This document shows positions 41,946 to 54,483 of a DNA stretch of 64,000 nucleotides, in pieces. The notes under the pieces are model-generated. The model was not told where the DNA came from and searched no databases. It saw only the letters and a program-made list of their open reading frames with translations. Made by a program: the position numbers and the translations under genes. Origin of the DNA: Balanoglossus misakiensis (taxonomy: Eukaryota > Animalia > Hemichordata). Where the stretch lies: NCBI GenBank assembly GCA_040954595.2, contig CM082577.2, positions 2,418,001-2,482,000 on the forward strand. The letters run 5' to 3'. Numbering within the stretch: the first letter of the stretch is position 1; each line of letters begins with the position of its first letter.

Positions 41946-42481
41946 GTTGATAGTTTAGGGCTAGAGTATGTTTACACCTCGGTTAATCGTGTAACATTCC
42001 ACCCCTTATCGTTTGTAAGACGCAGTCTGTCATTGGCTAAGAGCGTGTCATTGGTTTTTAAAGAATTGTGTCGTTTTTCGAAAAGGAACGTTTTGTAGAG
42101 GTTAAATATGTCTAGATTTACTTGAATTTGTACATTGGTTGTATATAAAGACTAAAATGCAGTCATTTTGCGGTAAAATTATAAAAACTATACACAGCTG
42201 GAATAGATGATGACAACATTGAACCAATAGGGGTCTCCGACATATATTATTCTAATTTTCTGGTGACACTGCTTTATCACACAAACAGAATGCGCATGTA
42301 GTTCCATTTACAGGCGGCCGTAAGGTTATGTAAAACTGTCTTTGCCGATTTACGTACAGTGGGATGTTTGATTCATACTAACTGGAGAAAAATGCTTAAA
42401 ATAGGTGTTAACGAAGGAGTATATTTCAATTATTCCCTTTACGCATCTGAATTATCAGAAATTTAGTATGAAAACCTGGCT

Positions 42482-42531
42482 CCAATTATTTCCCCGAACC
42501 ACCAATCAGATGAACTGATGACGTCAATTGG
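42482..42531. promoter_or_regulatory. CRE plus CCAAT boxes upstream of PKA-RI
   Basis: TGACGTCA at 42519-42526 with CCAAT (42482, 42502) and ATTGG directly after; further ATTGG near 42032 and 42050. Confidence 0.4.
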
Positions 42532-45233
42532 CCTCGTTTTCGATATATAGGTTGGAGTATGTATTTATGTAAATGCCAGATATTACATGTATTTTCTTCT
42601 AGTTCAAATCTAAATGCTTTAGGGTAATACGCAGTCGGAAAGGACAGAGTTCGCGCGGTCAAGTCCAAAAACAACTTCCAATGAAAACAAATACACTGCG
42701 GAAATGGTGTAAAACTTGACGCGCCATACAGCCAGGAGAATAATCACCCTTTCTCTATAATTTATAAACAAATGTCCTTCAAGTTGTTTCGCAATGTCGC
42801 GCCCTATTAATTATTCTTTAAAATATGAACCAAAATTGTTAGTCTTATTTAAAATAATAATGTTGATTCATATTTTGCCAGATTTGAGCTATATGTACTT
42901 TATTTTGAATCAGAGCAAACGATCAGACATATTAAGAAATACGGGAATCACGTGAAAAGAGTTGGCCCTCGAACTTCTTGAACTTCCCGGGAAAATTACG
43001 GGATGGGGAGTGTGAAAACAACAAAATTGTAATAAGATGCCAATTACCCCTTTTCTTTAAAGAAAGAAATTTACCTTGTCAAACTGTTCGTGAGATTTTT
43101 TATATCCAGTTTAGGGCCTATATCTAGTTTAGATTTTTTTATTTCAGGCTATAAAGACTTGATCCCGTGAAGACTGAACGATTTCATGCGAATAGGCTGA
43201 ATGTGTACTGAGTCGTATTTTTATAAGAGTGTAGGCCTTTACATTAATTTGATTACTGCTGATGTTTTTTTCCATACAAAGATATTATGGATAGTATTGC
43301 TATTTTTTTCTGCAAAAGCCTTGAATCATACATTAAATAAATATCGTGCGAAAGAACACGTTTTCGCGGAAGGGTGAGCGAAAATTTCTGACCGTGACGA
43401 TCAGAACTTTTAAGTGGATAACATCTGGGGATAACGTGTGCTGCATGTGAAACAAAGCCAGCAAAATCGTAAGTCACATTGGAACTAAAAGAGCGCCCTC
43501 CTGTAATAAGTGCTTCTCAGTGAGACGCTACGTTCGCGTTCATTGCTTTTCTGTAAAATTGTAACATTTTACACATTTATACATGTAGATCGTCACTAGC
43601 TGTCTCGTGGAGTTATCTCTTATATCATTCAAAACATACGTGCGAGCAGCAACTACACTTTGTTTTTGTAAATTGGCCTTACCGACACGACCGAGAACAA
43701 ATTCAAACTGAACGTTACACTATGACGGCTTCAGTGGAACACCAACATTGCGCATATATTGGCGCTTTACAAAAATAATGATACGATACAATCAGAAGAG
43801 CAAAGTAGCATATCTTGTTTGACATTTTCACGTTTCATTCAAACATGTAAATTGATGGCTCCCAGTATAATAACGCATCGAAGACGCACCTGAACGACAA
43901 ACGTGCCATCCAGCGCTACTTACTCACGCACGTTTCTTTCTTTCGGGTGTGCCGTTATATTAGTTGCAGATTTATCACTGAAAGCGAATTTCTATTTTCT
44001 CTTTTCACCAAGAATCCTTTATTTACGGCAGGTTTATATGGCTAAAGTTAGCCTAACATATATTGGTGGCAGCGATCTCCAGAACTGCCACTTAGCAACG
44101 GTATGGCGGCATTTACTCGCACAAGTCTTCAGTCATTTTGCTGTCACTGATTTGGTTTTACTTTGATGCACTTGACCGTGACTTGACATAGTTACTCTTT
44201 AGAAATTTACGACTATCTTATGTTACCATGGCTCTGCATGACTTTTTTCCCGGAGGATCTTAACCTCCTTTCTCGAACAGATGATATCCAAAAACACGAA
44301 TGGGAGATATCACGACACCAGAGGGCGCGGTTACCCGTTTTTTTTCAGCGCGTGTAAACCATGGTTCCTCTATCACAACTCACAATAACTAACTTTACTT
44401 CACATTGAAGACATCATCCAGCAGACTTGGTGTGGTGAAGAAGCGATCACACCTCTCTATAGCAAAGTATGGTAGCAGTACGCATGCAGTTTTGAAACAG
44501 AAATCCTGGACAAAATGCTACTGAGACTTCAACTTACCAATCAGACATGTCCACACATGCCAACTGCAATTTCCCCCTTCACAAAACACGTCAGAGTAGA
44601 TTCCCTTGTGTAACCCTAAATCACAGGTAAAGAGAAATATAATCATATTCATTCCACACACTGTGCAGAGTGAGTGTCATATTTCAAGAATAAGCAGCAG
44701 AAGTGACATCAGACAATACAAAGACAATAAGACACAAAAGCCTTTGTTTTCCATTGTTTAAAGAAACAATGCAACTTTAATAAGCAAGTCACAACAGAAC
44801 CCTGACAAGGTGAAGTTTTATGTCTCATGTCCATTTGTAAATAGTCACCTTCCTTCCTCCCCTATTTTGAGCAACACAATACACAGGAAATATCTCAACA
44901 TAAATGCCACAGTTCGACACTAAAGACGAGGAAAAAAACAATATTCAGAAATAATTTATGTAAAGTACTCTGCACTCTTCTCATCCAAATCTTGTGTACA
45001 TGTACTACAAATCAGCACAAACATAAATCTATAAATAAATGTCATGGCAGAGCAGTTTGGATAATATTCACACATAATTGTAAAAGTCCAGTGACAAAGA
45101 ACCAAGTGGGTAGCATGTCCCTTTTATATTTTAACACAAAAATATATTTTGACAGTGACAATAGAATTAAAGCTACAAAATATATGCCACAGAATCCAAG
45201 AACTATTTCACAGTAAATTCTTTCCAGTGATCC

Positions 45234-45587
45234 TTAAAGGGACAAAGTCTCTCTCTCGCTGCCCTTTTTTTCATTAATTATATTTGATACAAGACGCCGT
45301 TTGTTATTCTACATGTGGATATATGGTGAATGAACGTTCAACCACACACAACTTCCATCCCTCTTATAGACAGGAGAGTGAAAAACTCGCCAAAATGAAT
45401 AATCGTTCTTTACCATTTATTCATTTTGGGCGAGTTTTTACTCTCATATCATACAAGTGGGATGGAAGTTTTGTGTGGTTGAACGTTGATTCACTATATA
45501 TCCACATGTACATTAACATAAACAGTGTCTTGTATCAAACATTTTTAATGGAAATGGGGCAGCTGGAGAGAGACTTTGTCCCTTTAA
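45234..45587. mobile_element. Non-autonomous DNA transposon (MITE), TTAA-flanked with AGGG ends (Kolobok-like)
   Basis: Perfect 22-bp inverted ends including TTAA: ttaaagggacaaagtctctctc ... gagagagactttgtccctttaa. About 350 bp, no convincing ORF. Confidence 0.8.
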
Positions 45588-46175
45588 ATAGAGTTTATTA
45601 CAACTTCTTGTAATGTGCCTAAATATTTTTTTCAAAGTCAGTGTTGACAAGATTTGATGCATTTGACTGTCAGCTGTATGATATGCCCGCCCATGCCAGT
45701 ACAATGTACAAAAGAAAATGTCTACAGAATGGAAGAAAACTAAACTATTTACTCTAATCTCATTGCTACAGTATGTCATGCAACCATAAAACAACCTCTC
45801 CTAATCTCCAGACACCGAAAAACTCCAGCTTTCTTGGTTGAAACTTCTTCATATGTTATATTTCATTTCACCAGCACTACATTCTAAAACAGAATGACCT
45901 TTTTTTTAGCCATACCTGAAATTTGAAATTCAAGATTTACCCCATACATTCCATTAATTCTCCCCCTGTCCTGCCCTCCCCCACCACGATGGAATTATTG
46001 GTTTTCGCACAGAGAACCCCCAAAATGCTGTTCCTTGAAATAGTCTGAATAAATTACTAGTTTCCAAGGCAATATAGTGAGAATGATTTGAACATAATAA
46101 TCTGGGTTCTCAGAGAGCATGTGATACACTTCTATGTTATCATCATCATCATCATGAAATGGTGAAACCTCGGTT

Positions 46176-47855
46176 TCAAGGGAGAGTTTCTCCTGGCAGT
46201 GGGAATTGCACGGCAAAAGCCTCGACCTCCTCTCGCAAGGCTGCCACTTTCTCTTGGAAGATGGGGTCATTGTACAGAGTGTTCTTGAACTCCTTCAGCA
46301 TAGGACCAGATGAGGCTGCCTTGACCTCCTGTGTCAGCTGTATTCCTGAAAATGAAAATGAAGAAAGAAAAGTCTGCATTAGAAAAATGTGTTTAAAAAA
46401 ATCAAAAGAATTCTGAATTTGCGATAATTTTATTTCCTTCACCCATATCAAGAGATGAACATGTTTTAGCAAACTACAGGTCATATCAAAATATGTTCCA
46501 CACATAGAAATTACACACAGAAAGGTAACCAAGATTTGGAGTAGACTGCTTGTTTACCTCTATGGATAAACTCCACCACCTTCACAAAGTGGTCATTTTT
46601 AAACTTCCTCGACGTCAGCGCAGGTGTACCCAGACGAAGACCACCTGGTTTCAGGGCACTCTTGTCTCCAGGACAGGTGTTCTTGTTGCAGGCGATGGAC
46701 ACCGCTTCCAGAACCTTCTCTGCTCGGTTGCCGTCAAGACCGATGGGTCGTAGGTCAAGCAAGACCAGGTGATTGTCAGTTCCGCCTGTAAATGCGAGAC
46801 AAACATGAAAAATGTCTATCAACACCAGAAGTGTAAGATTTTGGATTTGTTATCATTATTTCACAAATACAACCCACAATACTTTATTTGTCCAAGGTCA
46901 AACATGAACAACATATAGGGTGCTGGCTACTGAATTAGGCTCATGTGATGCCTCATGACTGTGTCATGTGTGCAGGTCAAAGTTCAGAGGTCAGTTGGCT
47001 GGCGAGTTGAAAAACAAAGAGATGCTAGTACAACAGAAGATAGAGATGTGATTCTGGAATAAGGGAGACTGACCAGTTGCAATTGTGTATCCCTTGGCAA
47101 CAAGTTCGTTAGCCATGGTCTTGGCGTTGCTCAGAACCTGTTCGGAGTACGCACGGAAAGATGGCCTCTTGGCTTGCTGCAGTGCCACGGCAATAGCTGT
47201 AGGTGGAAGCAATAAAAATATTAATTTTCAGATACTGGAATCATGTAGTATGTAAAGTCTTGTGAGGTACCTGCATTTTTTGCAATCGCTACATGAAGAA
47301 AATAAATCTGATAAATAAACTTCTCGGGTATTGTCTTGGAGAGTAAAACAGATCGGACAGGATAGGATAAATACAAGCACATACCTCCAATAGCGTGATT
47401 GTGGGGTCCGCCTTGTAACCCTGGAAACAAAGCCGTGTTGATCTTGTCTGCGAGATCATACATCACTTTCTGTCCGTTGCTCAGTACCTTCCTTACCCCT
47501 GAAATGTTAAATGTTCATTTAGTCCCATAGTGAGCAAAAGTGTTCAATCAAAGTGTACCAGCATACTTTGAATACATTTCAGGTGGCTGGAACCCCCCCC
47601 CCCCCAAATGAATTTATGACTCACCCTTCCTGTAGAAAATCATTCCAGCTCTGGGCCCACGCAGAGTCTTGTGAGTTGTCGTGGTTACGATGTCGCAGTG
47701 CTCAAACGGGCCTGGAATGACCTTGGCAGCCACCAGGCCACTGATGTGTGCCATGTCTGCCATCAGCAGAGAGCCATTCTCCTCCGCAATGGAGTGCATG
47801 GTGTCATATTCTATGTGCCTGGAGTAACAGCTGACACCTGTGGAAAATAAACAAA

Positions 47856-47910
<55 letters not shown>

Positions 47911-49075
47911 AAATAAACTGTTTACATATGAAATGCATATGGCCAGACTATTAAACAAAAATACATGCACTGTCACTATCTATATTCTCTCACCTGCAAT
48001 GATCAATTTGGGTTTGAAGAGATTGGCACTCTCACGCAGCTTCTGATAATCTATCAGCCCGGTCTCCGGGTTGACTTTGTACGGCATCGACTCAAAGAAA
48101 ATGGACGTGGCCGAGATTTTCTTCTTCTCGGTGAAGAATCCGTGCGTCAAATGTCCGCCGTCTGGCAAGTCCAAACCCATGATGCGTCCATGGGGTTCCA
48201 CAACACCGGTGTAGACAGCAAAGTTTGCGGGCGACCCGGAATAAGGCTGGACGTTGACCCCCCACTTCTCCGGATCCAAATCGTAGAGATCCAAAGCTCT
48301 CTTCTGGGTAAGTCTCTCAATGTCATCAATCACTTCGTTTCCACCATAGTATCTACAATTAAACAACAAAAAAATCTAAAATTTGACTTGTGTCTTTTAA
48401 ACGTCACAATCGACAAAAGATCTTGGCTTATCACAATTCCAGCCATTGAAATTGTTATCATAACTTTACATTGACTAAACCTTACAAAGTTACATAAACT
48501 GACAAAAACACGCATTGGTAGCCACTGATTAGCACCTATATATCAATCACATGCCACAAGCAGTCAGTGATGTAAGCACCTCTTTTCATTCAGTCACGCA
48601 ACATTTCCTGTGTTTTTTTCAAAATCACTCCCTACCTTTTGTTTTTGCTTTTGTACATCAGACACAAAAAACTTTAGACTGACTAGTAGCACAAGATGTT
48701 GAAACGTGCATCTCATCAAAGTCTCCTCATGCACTTTCATGTGTCAAATAACTGAAAGATTGGGAGGACTGTCTTTTTTTTCTAAAAATCTGTCCCTGAG
48801 GTGTCTACTACCTCAATTTTCGTGCCGGCTTACCTGACACCTGGGTAACCCTCGGAATACTTGTTATTGAGGCAGGACCCCAAAGTCTGCAAAACCGCTT
48901 TACTGGCAAAATTCTCCGACGCAATGAGTTCAAGTCCTCGCTTCTGGCGCGTCCTCTCCTTGAGCAGAAGTTCGTACATTTCGGGGTCGTCTTCGCTGAG
49001 GGGGTCCTGAAGGGTCCACTCCTCTTCTTGGCCGTTGATTTTGTCATAGCTTGGTTTTTCCGATTTGTCTTCCAT
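46176..49075 (-). CDS. SHMT1: Serine hydroxymethyltransferase, cytosolic type, 7 coding exons
   Basis: Exons 48834-49075 ([18 protein letters not shown]), 47994-48352 ([23 protein letters not shown]), 47625-47837 ([20 protein letters not shown] with the PLP Lys), 47385-47498 (FPGLQGGPH), 47074-47196, 46558-46785 (NKNTCPGD), 46176-46345. Acidic N-terminus, no mitochondrial presequence. Confidence 0.95.
47845..47916. repeat. (AAAT)n microsatellite next to an SHMT splice acceptor
   Basis: Long aaat run; reads as (TTTA)n just upstream of the acceptor for the exon starting at 47837. Confidence 0.92.
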
Positions 49076-50330
49076 CTGCCAGATAAAATGGATGATGATC
49101 CCATGGTGAATCAGTGGATTTTGCCAAGGTTGGGGAACACTGGTTAGTGATTTTGGAACCAGTCATAACATGGACTACACTGATATACCAAGGGGATCCC
49201 CAGTAAAATGACTGGGGAACGCTGGTAACATTTACTCATGAAATATGATAAATTTATTGATTTGTACATTAATGATCACCCGATACAATCATTTGGCCAT
49301 GCTTCAGATAAGATAACCTATGATATCATTCAACTTCTGGTGATGTTTTTTTTGTGAACCCTTAACCTTTTGGTGCGTACTTGTGTAGATTGATAAAAAC
49401 AGTTATTTTTAAGAGACTTGTCAATGTGCTACATGAAATTTTGATATCTTTATTGATTGAATCAGCTTTTGAAAACAATTCTGCGTATACAACAAATACC
49501 AAAGTATTTCGTGGGCTGAATTAATATGACAGAAACAAAGAAAATCTAACTAGCAAGGCATACCTATCTCAGTCTACCTGGCGTATGTGTAAAAATCCCT
49601 GGTTGTGTAACATGCATTTATTTACATACTAATGTGAACACTTCATTCAATTACATTTGAGAATAAAACAAACCACACAATAAAAGACAGATGTAGAGTT
49701 TCTCAGAAAATTCCAATGAGCTGTACCAAAAAGCAGTACAGACATATTCCTAGTTCAAGGCTATAAAGTAAGGACAAAGTTTTCACGTGTTTCGAGAAGC
49801 TGTAATTGAGCGGTGTTCAGCTTCCATTTGCGAAGTCCAAAACATTTCACCTTGTGTGTTACAAAATTAAACTTTGTACTGTAGTCTGTAGATCGTGGAA
49901 GTACATTCGCAAGTTCAACCTTGAACTGAAAACGCGCGCCTTTTCTCCACGTTTCTGGTAGTGGAAATCGAGACTGAGTTTTTGGCGCATGTCAGTCACT
50001 CCGCACAGTTATGTCACAAGCTGACAGATGAAGATATCAACAACAAGACGCTTTATACCACGGGCCGATTTTTTTTTCTTTGCGGCAACATTCATAACAC
50101 GAGGCGGGCAAATTGTAGTTTGGTGTCCTTGTGTACCAACTTACATGTATTATGCACGTTGTCCTTGACTCAACTGAATGAATCCATGCGTACCGATCAC
50201 ACTCACAGGCGAACGTCACTCACGTGTTTGTCTGAATCTATTTTTTATCTCATTAAAAATCATCTATTAATGATTAAACAGTTTCGCATTGCTGGCGATC
50301 GTTTGACGGAATGTGTTTACTTTCACTTAC

Positions 50331-50522
50331 CTTGACACGTTTTACTACGAGCGGTCTATGTACGGCTGATGTCTACCCGGCAACTCAACTGCGGCCAGCT
50401 GTAGCAACTTCCTACTCGACGGATGATGAAACACTGAAAAGGCGCGCTGATGGTTGAGCTGTTGTTGTTATACTCGGCTCTCTATCACGTGATGTTCACC
50501 TGATTATAGATTCGGAACCAAT
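50331..50522 (-). promoter_or_regulatory. Probable SHMT promoter and non-coding first exon
   Basis: Strong donor AAG|GTAAGT at 50331/50330, CpG-richer exon with no ATG, palindrome ATCACGTGAT (50484-50493) and CCAAT (50518). The SHMT ATG directly follows an acceptor (CAG|ATG at 49075), so an upstream exon is required. Confidence 0.55.
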
Positions 50523-51372
50523 CACCGGCTAAATCATTCTAATGTATCGGTGACCTGAAACATGTTGACCCCAGCCGTGGTTCTGATACATTCTTGGCTG
50601 TTGGGGGCGCACCATGTACCATGTACGAACAGTTCAACGCAGGGCAAAAAAAATACTGAGTTAGGGCATGGCACAGTCGCACGCCTACAGTACCGGAGAC
50701 CGGTACGTGGGACGGTCTAGAAACTGGAATTTAATGCGTGGTGACTTAGACGAGAGACTACAAGACGTTGAACGAAATAATATATTCAATAAAATTACAA
50801 AATGTACATATAGGCCTACATGTAGAAAGATATATACATGTACACATTATGCTTTCATCATGAATTACTTTCGAAGAATAATACCTATAAAGTTAATTTT
50901 AAAGCAAAAATTCCGTGAAATCTTGAAATTTATATAATATTTTGAGTTAATAACGAATAAAAAGGAATAATGTATGTACATGTTTACATAATCTTCTGAG
51001 GAATAAACAACTTACAGAAAAAAATCCCTGTGGGCCGATGTGTGGCTAATATTGAATCTTTACTGACAACTTATTGGGCCAATTAATGTCACAAACGTGA
51101 CCAGAGTCAATATTGCCCCAAACATTTTACATGAGTTGAATGAGAGTTTGTAGAGCGATCGCTCCACGTGTCAATCGCTCTGTTGATTCCTCTATAAGAA
51201 AAAAATCTACTTTTTTACTTAAAATAAAAACAAAATGCTTAAATGGTAGACGAACAGTATCGAACCGGTGTCAGAGTTGATCATGTTCATAATGCATTAG
51301 TGAATATTGCATTTTTTTGCTTTTCCCAGGCCGGCCCTTGGAACGAAGGGTGCTACCCCGGCTCCGGGGGTG

Positions 51373-54300
51373 CTACACCCCGGACATGGGGCTGGTACTG
51401 GTGTCGGAGTCTCCTGATCTTGAAAGTATTCTTCTGACAGAGTTGCGGTTTTGTTTCACTTTGTATGTTCTGACCCAGGGCACCACGTCATTCCGGCTTC
51501 CCTGTCTGCTCGACAGACTGGGTTCATCGTTGGCATACTCGTGAGATACTTTGACTATCCCCGGCCAGTAGTTCGGTTCGTGCATCCATTTGTCTGCCGA
51601 GAAAAAAAATGAATCAAACATTAACACAAAATGAAGTGAAAAGTCGAATTTAATGACAGCGAACAGGTCTGTATAACCTTTTATTGAAGATACAGGCGAG
51701 AACTTAACATTTCCAATCCAATTTTTACGGTCGCAATAAAATGATGTTGAGAATAATTTCGTTCGATTTTTGGCGCGCGTGTGGGGGTAGTGTCGTTTGG
51801 TCGACATACTTTGTGAATTGTTGTCACACAAGTGTTGTTCGAGAAGTTGGCAGACAATACCAGAATGGAGCGGTATGCATGGGTAGCACTTGTCCATGCT
51901 GACAGAAAGGCTGAAAGGACGTCGTCTGTCACAAGAATTTGCCACCGAATATTAAAGTAGCCGTATGTACGTGTCACCGATAATGCGTTTTGGTATTCAG
52001 TAAAGTGTAGGGCCTGAGATAGGTTGGCGCGGTTTCAATTGGCTGAACTTGAATGAACTGACTATAATGTGGAAAATGTCGGTCATTTGCATCTCTCGCC
52101 AAAGAATATAAGACAGTATTAGTTTACATGGTCATCATTTAATCCCAACGGCGTTTTTCCTCTCAACTAAACGGTTCAGTATCTGCGCATAGTAAGGCCA
52201 TTGTAAGCGCACTTTACGCCGTCTGCTTTGATAAGATCGGTCCGCCGTTATCCATACACACGGGACAAGGGGACGCTTTCAATCCCATCCCTCGAAACAT
52301 GTTTGACCCCAATTGTGTTGCAGGGAGAAAATAGAACGCCTGATTGTACGCTTTCTCCGTCGCGTCCCATCGTCTCTTGATAGACGTTGTCCAGCCAGTA
52401 CAAGAAAGCTAAACGTTGAGTGATTTTATGTGGTGAAATAACAAACAGTGCTGGCAAAAAAAAGAGTTATTAAAATCGGAAGGGGTTCAGTGTGTGCTTT
52501 CAATTTGCAACAGAGACTATGTATGGCCAGAATCGTCATTGTCCGTTGACAATTGAATTGCCAGGAATCGGTCACCCGACCTAACAGTTCAGTTTTAATT
52601 TGCTGTGATTTGATTTGATTTCTTTTATCGTCAGTTGAAGGCACGTCCGTCAGTCATGTCAGTGTTAAACCGCAATTTTACCTGACATTTCGACAAACTA
52701 TAGAGAGAAGAACAAGAAGAGTTATTGGTTGAAAAACAAGCGGTTTAACAATACCAGAAAACAACGGAATTTAGAACTATACTGCACCCATAAACTGGAC
52801 TAAATCAAGATACTTCATTGTAAGATTAACATTATTCAAGCGGCCGCTTTGATTGGTTGAAAAGTAAACTGCCGTGCACTCACGTGGTCTGATCATTCGC
52901 CCAGTATCGGCAATATCCTCGTCTTTGTCCACTTTCGAAGGTGCAAGCTCTACGTTTAACGGCGAGATGACAAAAGGCTCATCAGGCTGAGGGGAAGAAA
53001 AGAATACGTGGTCCGGTTAATTACTATACCACCCTTATTAAGAACAGTAGCGTATTTAAAGGGACATTAGCTGTGTCTTTTGGCTTTATTTTCAGTATTT
53101 TGTTCTGTGTACCAACTACAATTTCTTGTTCTACTCCAAACAGAAACAAGAAACTGCAGTAGATACACAAAACTGATATACTGAAAACATGCGAAAAGTT
53201 ACAGTAAATCACACGGTGTGGTGATTTGACAGTTAAATGCCAGGAAGACGTCAGACAGTTAAATTTCATTGTGGCGATTGATGCGGAGAGACCGTTACTT
53301 CCCATCAAATGCAAGTAAGGTCATTTGAAACCTGACCATAAATTGGCCGTAGTTACAGCTGAATTGAAAAACACACATCTTCACAATCAATAGCTGTAAA
53401 GCTGCACAAAACAGATAAAAAAAACATTATCGATTTCGAGAATGAAACTACAAACCCAATATTTCATTCAACAATGATCAAGTCAATTATGGCCTGGAAT
53501 GCTGTTTTGGTGTTGCCGTTGTCTGGTCCACGGTCACTCCACAATGATGAAGCGACCGTGACTGGTCCTACCCTCCGAAAAAAAAGCGAATTGAAATACC
53601 ACTGCTCGCTTTTACAGTACAGACCATGTATACTGGGTTCTGTGTGACCCGAACAAGGGAATAATGTCAAGGAACCAAGGTTGATAAACAGTGACAAACA
53701 ACTATTTGATAAGCACAGGCCACAAATTTCGTGACAGCTTTATCGCATTTGACCGTGCTAATCCAACTTGAGAATGGAAATATCGATTTCCCGCTCGTTT
53801 AGTAAGCACGGGAGACAGCCGACAGAACACGGCATGTTTGTCGAATAGCAAAGAATCCCAGAGACGGAAGCAAAATAGAACGACACGACTGTTTCTATGC
53901 GACTTCCAAGAGCACACGACCCATAAAAATAGATTTCCAAGTCGGCCAAGATTTTGGAGCAGTAACTTTACAGTTAAAACGTGTATTGTAATTTGATACC
54001 TAATTTTATGAAATATTGGAATGTGTATTTTCTTAAATCGCGTAATACTTATAATGGACCATTTGTGACTTATGGGCACTTCACCCGTAAGTCTATGGCA
54101 ACATAGAAACGACATGCCAAAATCCTCCTGGAAGAAAGGTTATGTGGGCTCACCTCTCGAACTCGTGCTCTAGATCTGCTACTCCCAGCTGACCACCTCA
54201 GCTTTGTCGGCTGGGGTAGGGCCTGCAGGCTTCGTTTTGTCTGGTCCCGGACAGTCGGGTACGTCCTGTCTATGGTGACCACGGTCGGGCATTTGGGCAG

Positions 54301-54483
54301 TCTTCTGCGGCTGGACTGGCTTCGGACGCTCTGGTTAGTGATCAGCTGGGTGGTTTTCAGCGAGGCGCACAGGTGGTGTTGGTACCCCTCCTCGTCGTTT
54401 ACCGCCGGTATGCAGCGGTTCAGCGTGGTCTGTCTCGCCATACCGGTGATCACCTGCCTGTCCACTCCAAGTGCGCCGTACAT
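51373..54483 (-). CDS. Unidentified small basic protein (about 190 aa), 3 coding exons including a 16-nt micro-exon
   Basis: Exon 54154-54483 (GC-rich, MYGALGVDRQVITGMARQ..RARVRE, donor GAG|GTGAGC, phase 0); micro-exon 52682-52697 (FVEMS+1 nt, long pyrimidine tract-TAG, CAG|GTAAAA); last exon 51373-51593 (phase 1, DKWMHEPNYWPG..MSGV*). Phases join into one open frame. No family recognised. Confidence 0.55.
53056..53160. mobile_element. Degenerate TTAA-AGGGACA MITE fragment
   Basis: Starts ttaaagggaca and contains actacaatttcttgttctact (53115-53135) plus its imperfect inverted copy; shared with the element at 55478. Confidence 0.5.

Noticed and set aside
49076-50470. Upstream exon adding a mitochondrial presequence to SHMT
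   Set aside because: The best upstream exon (donor at 50331) has no ATG and an in-frame stop; the alternative near 49851 has only a short closed ORF.
54154-54483. Faint resemblance of the orphan N-terminus to CFAP97-type domains
   Set aside because: Too weak to support by eye; needs a profile search.
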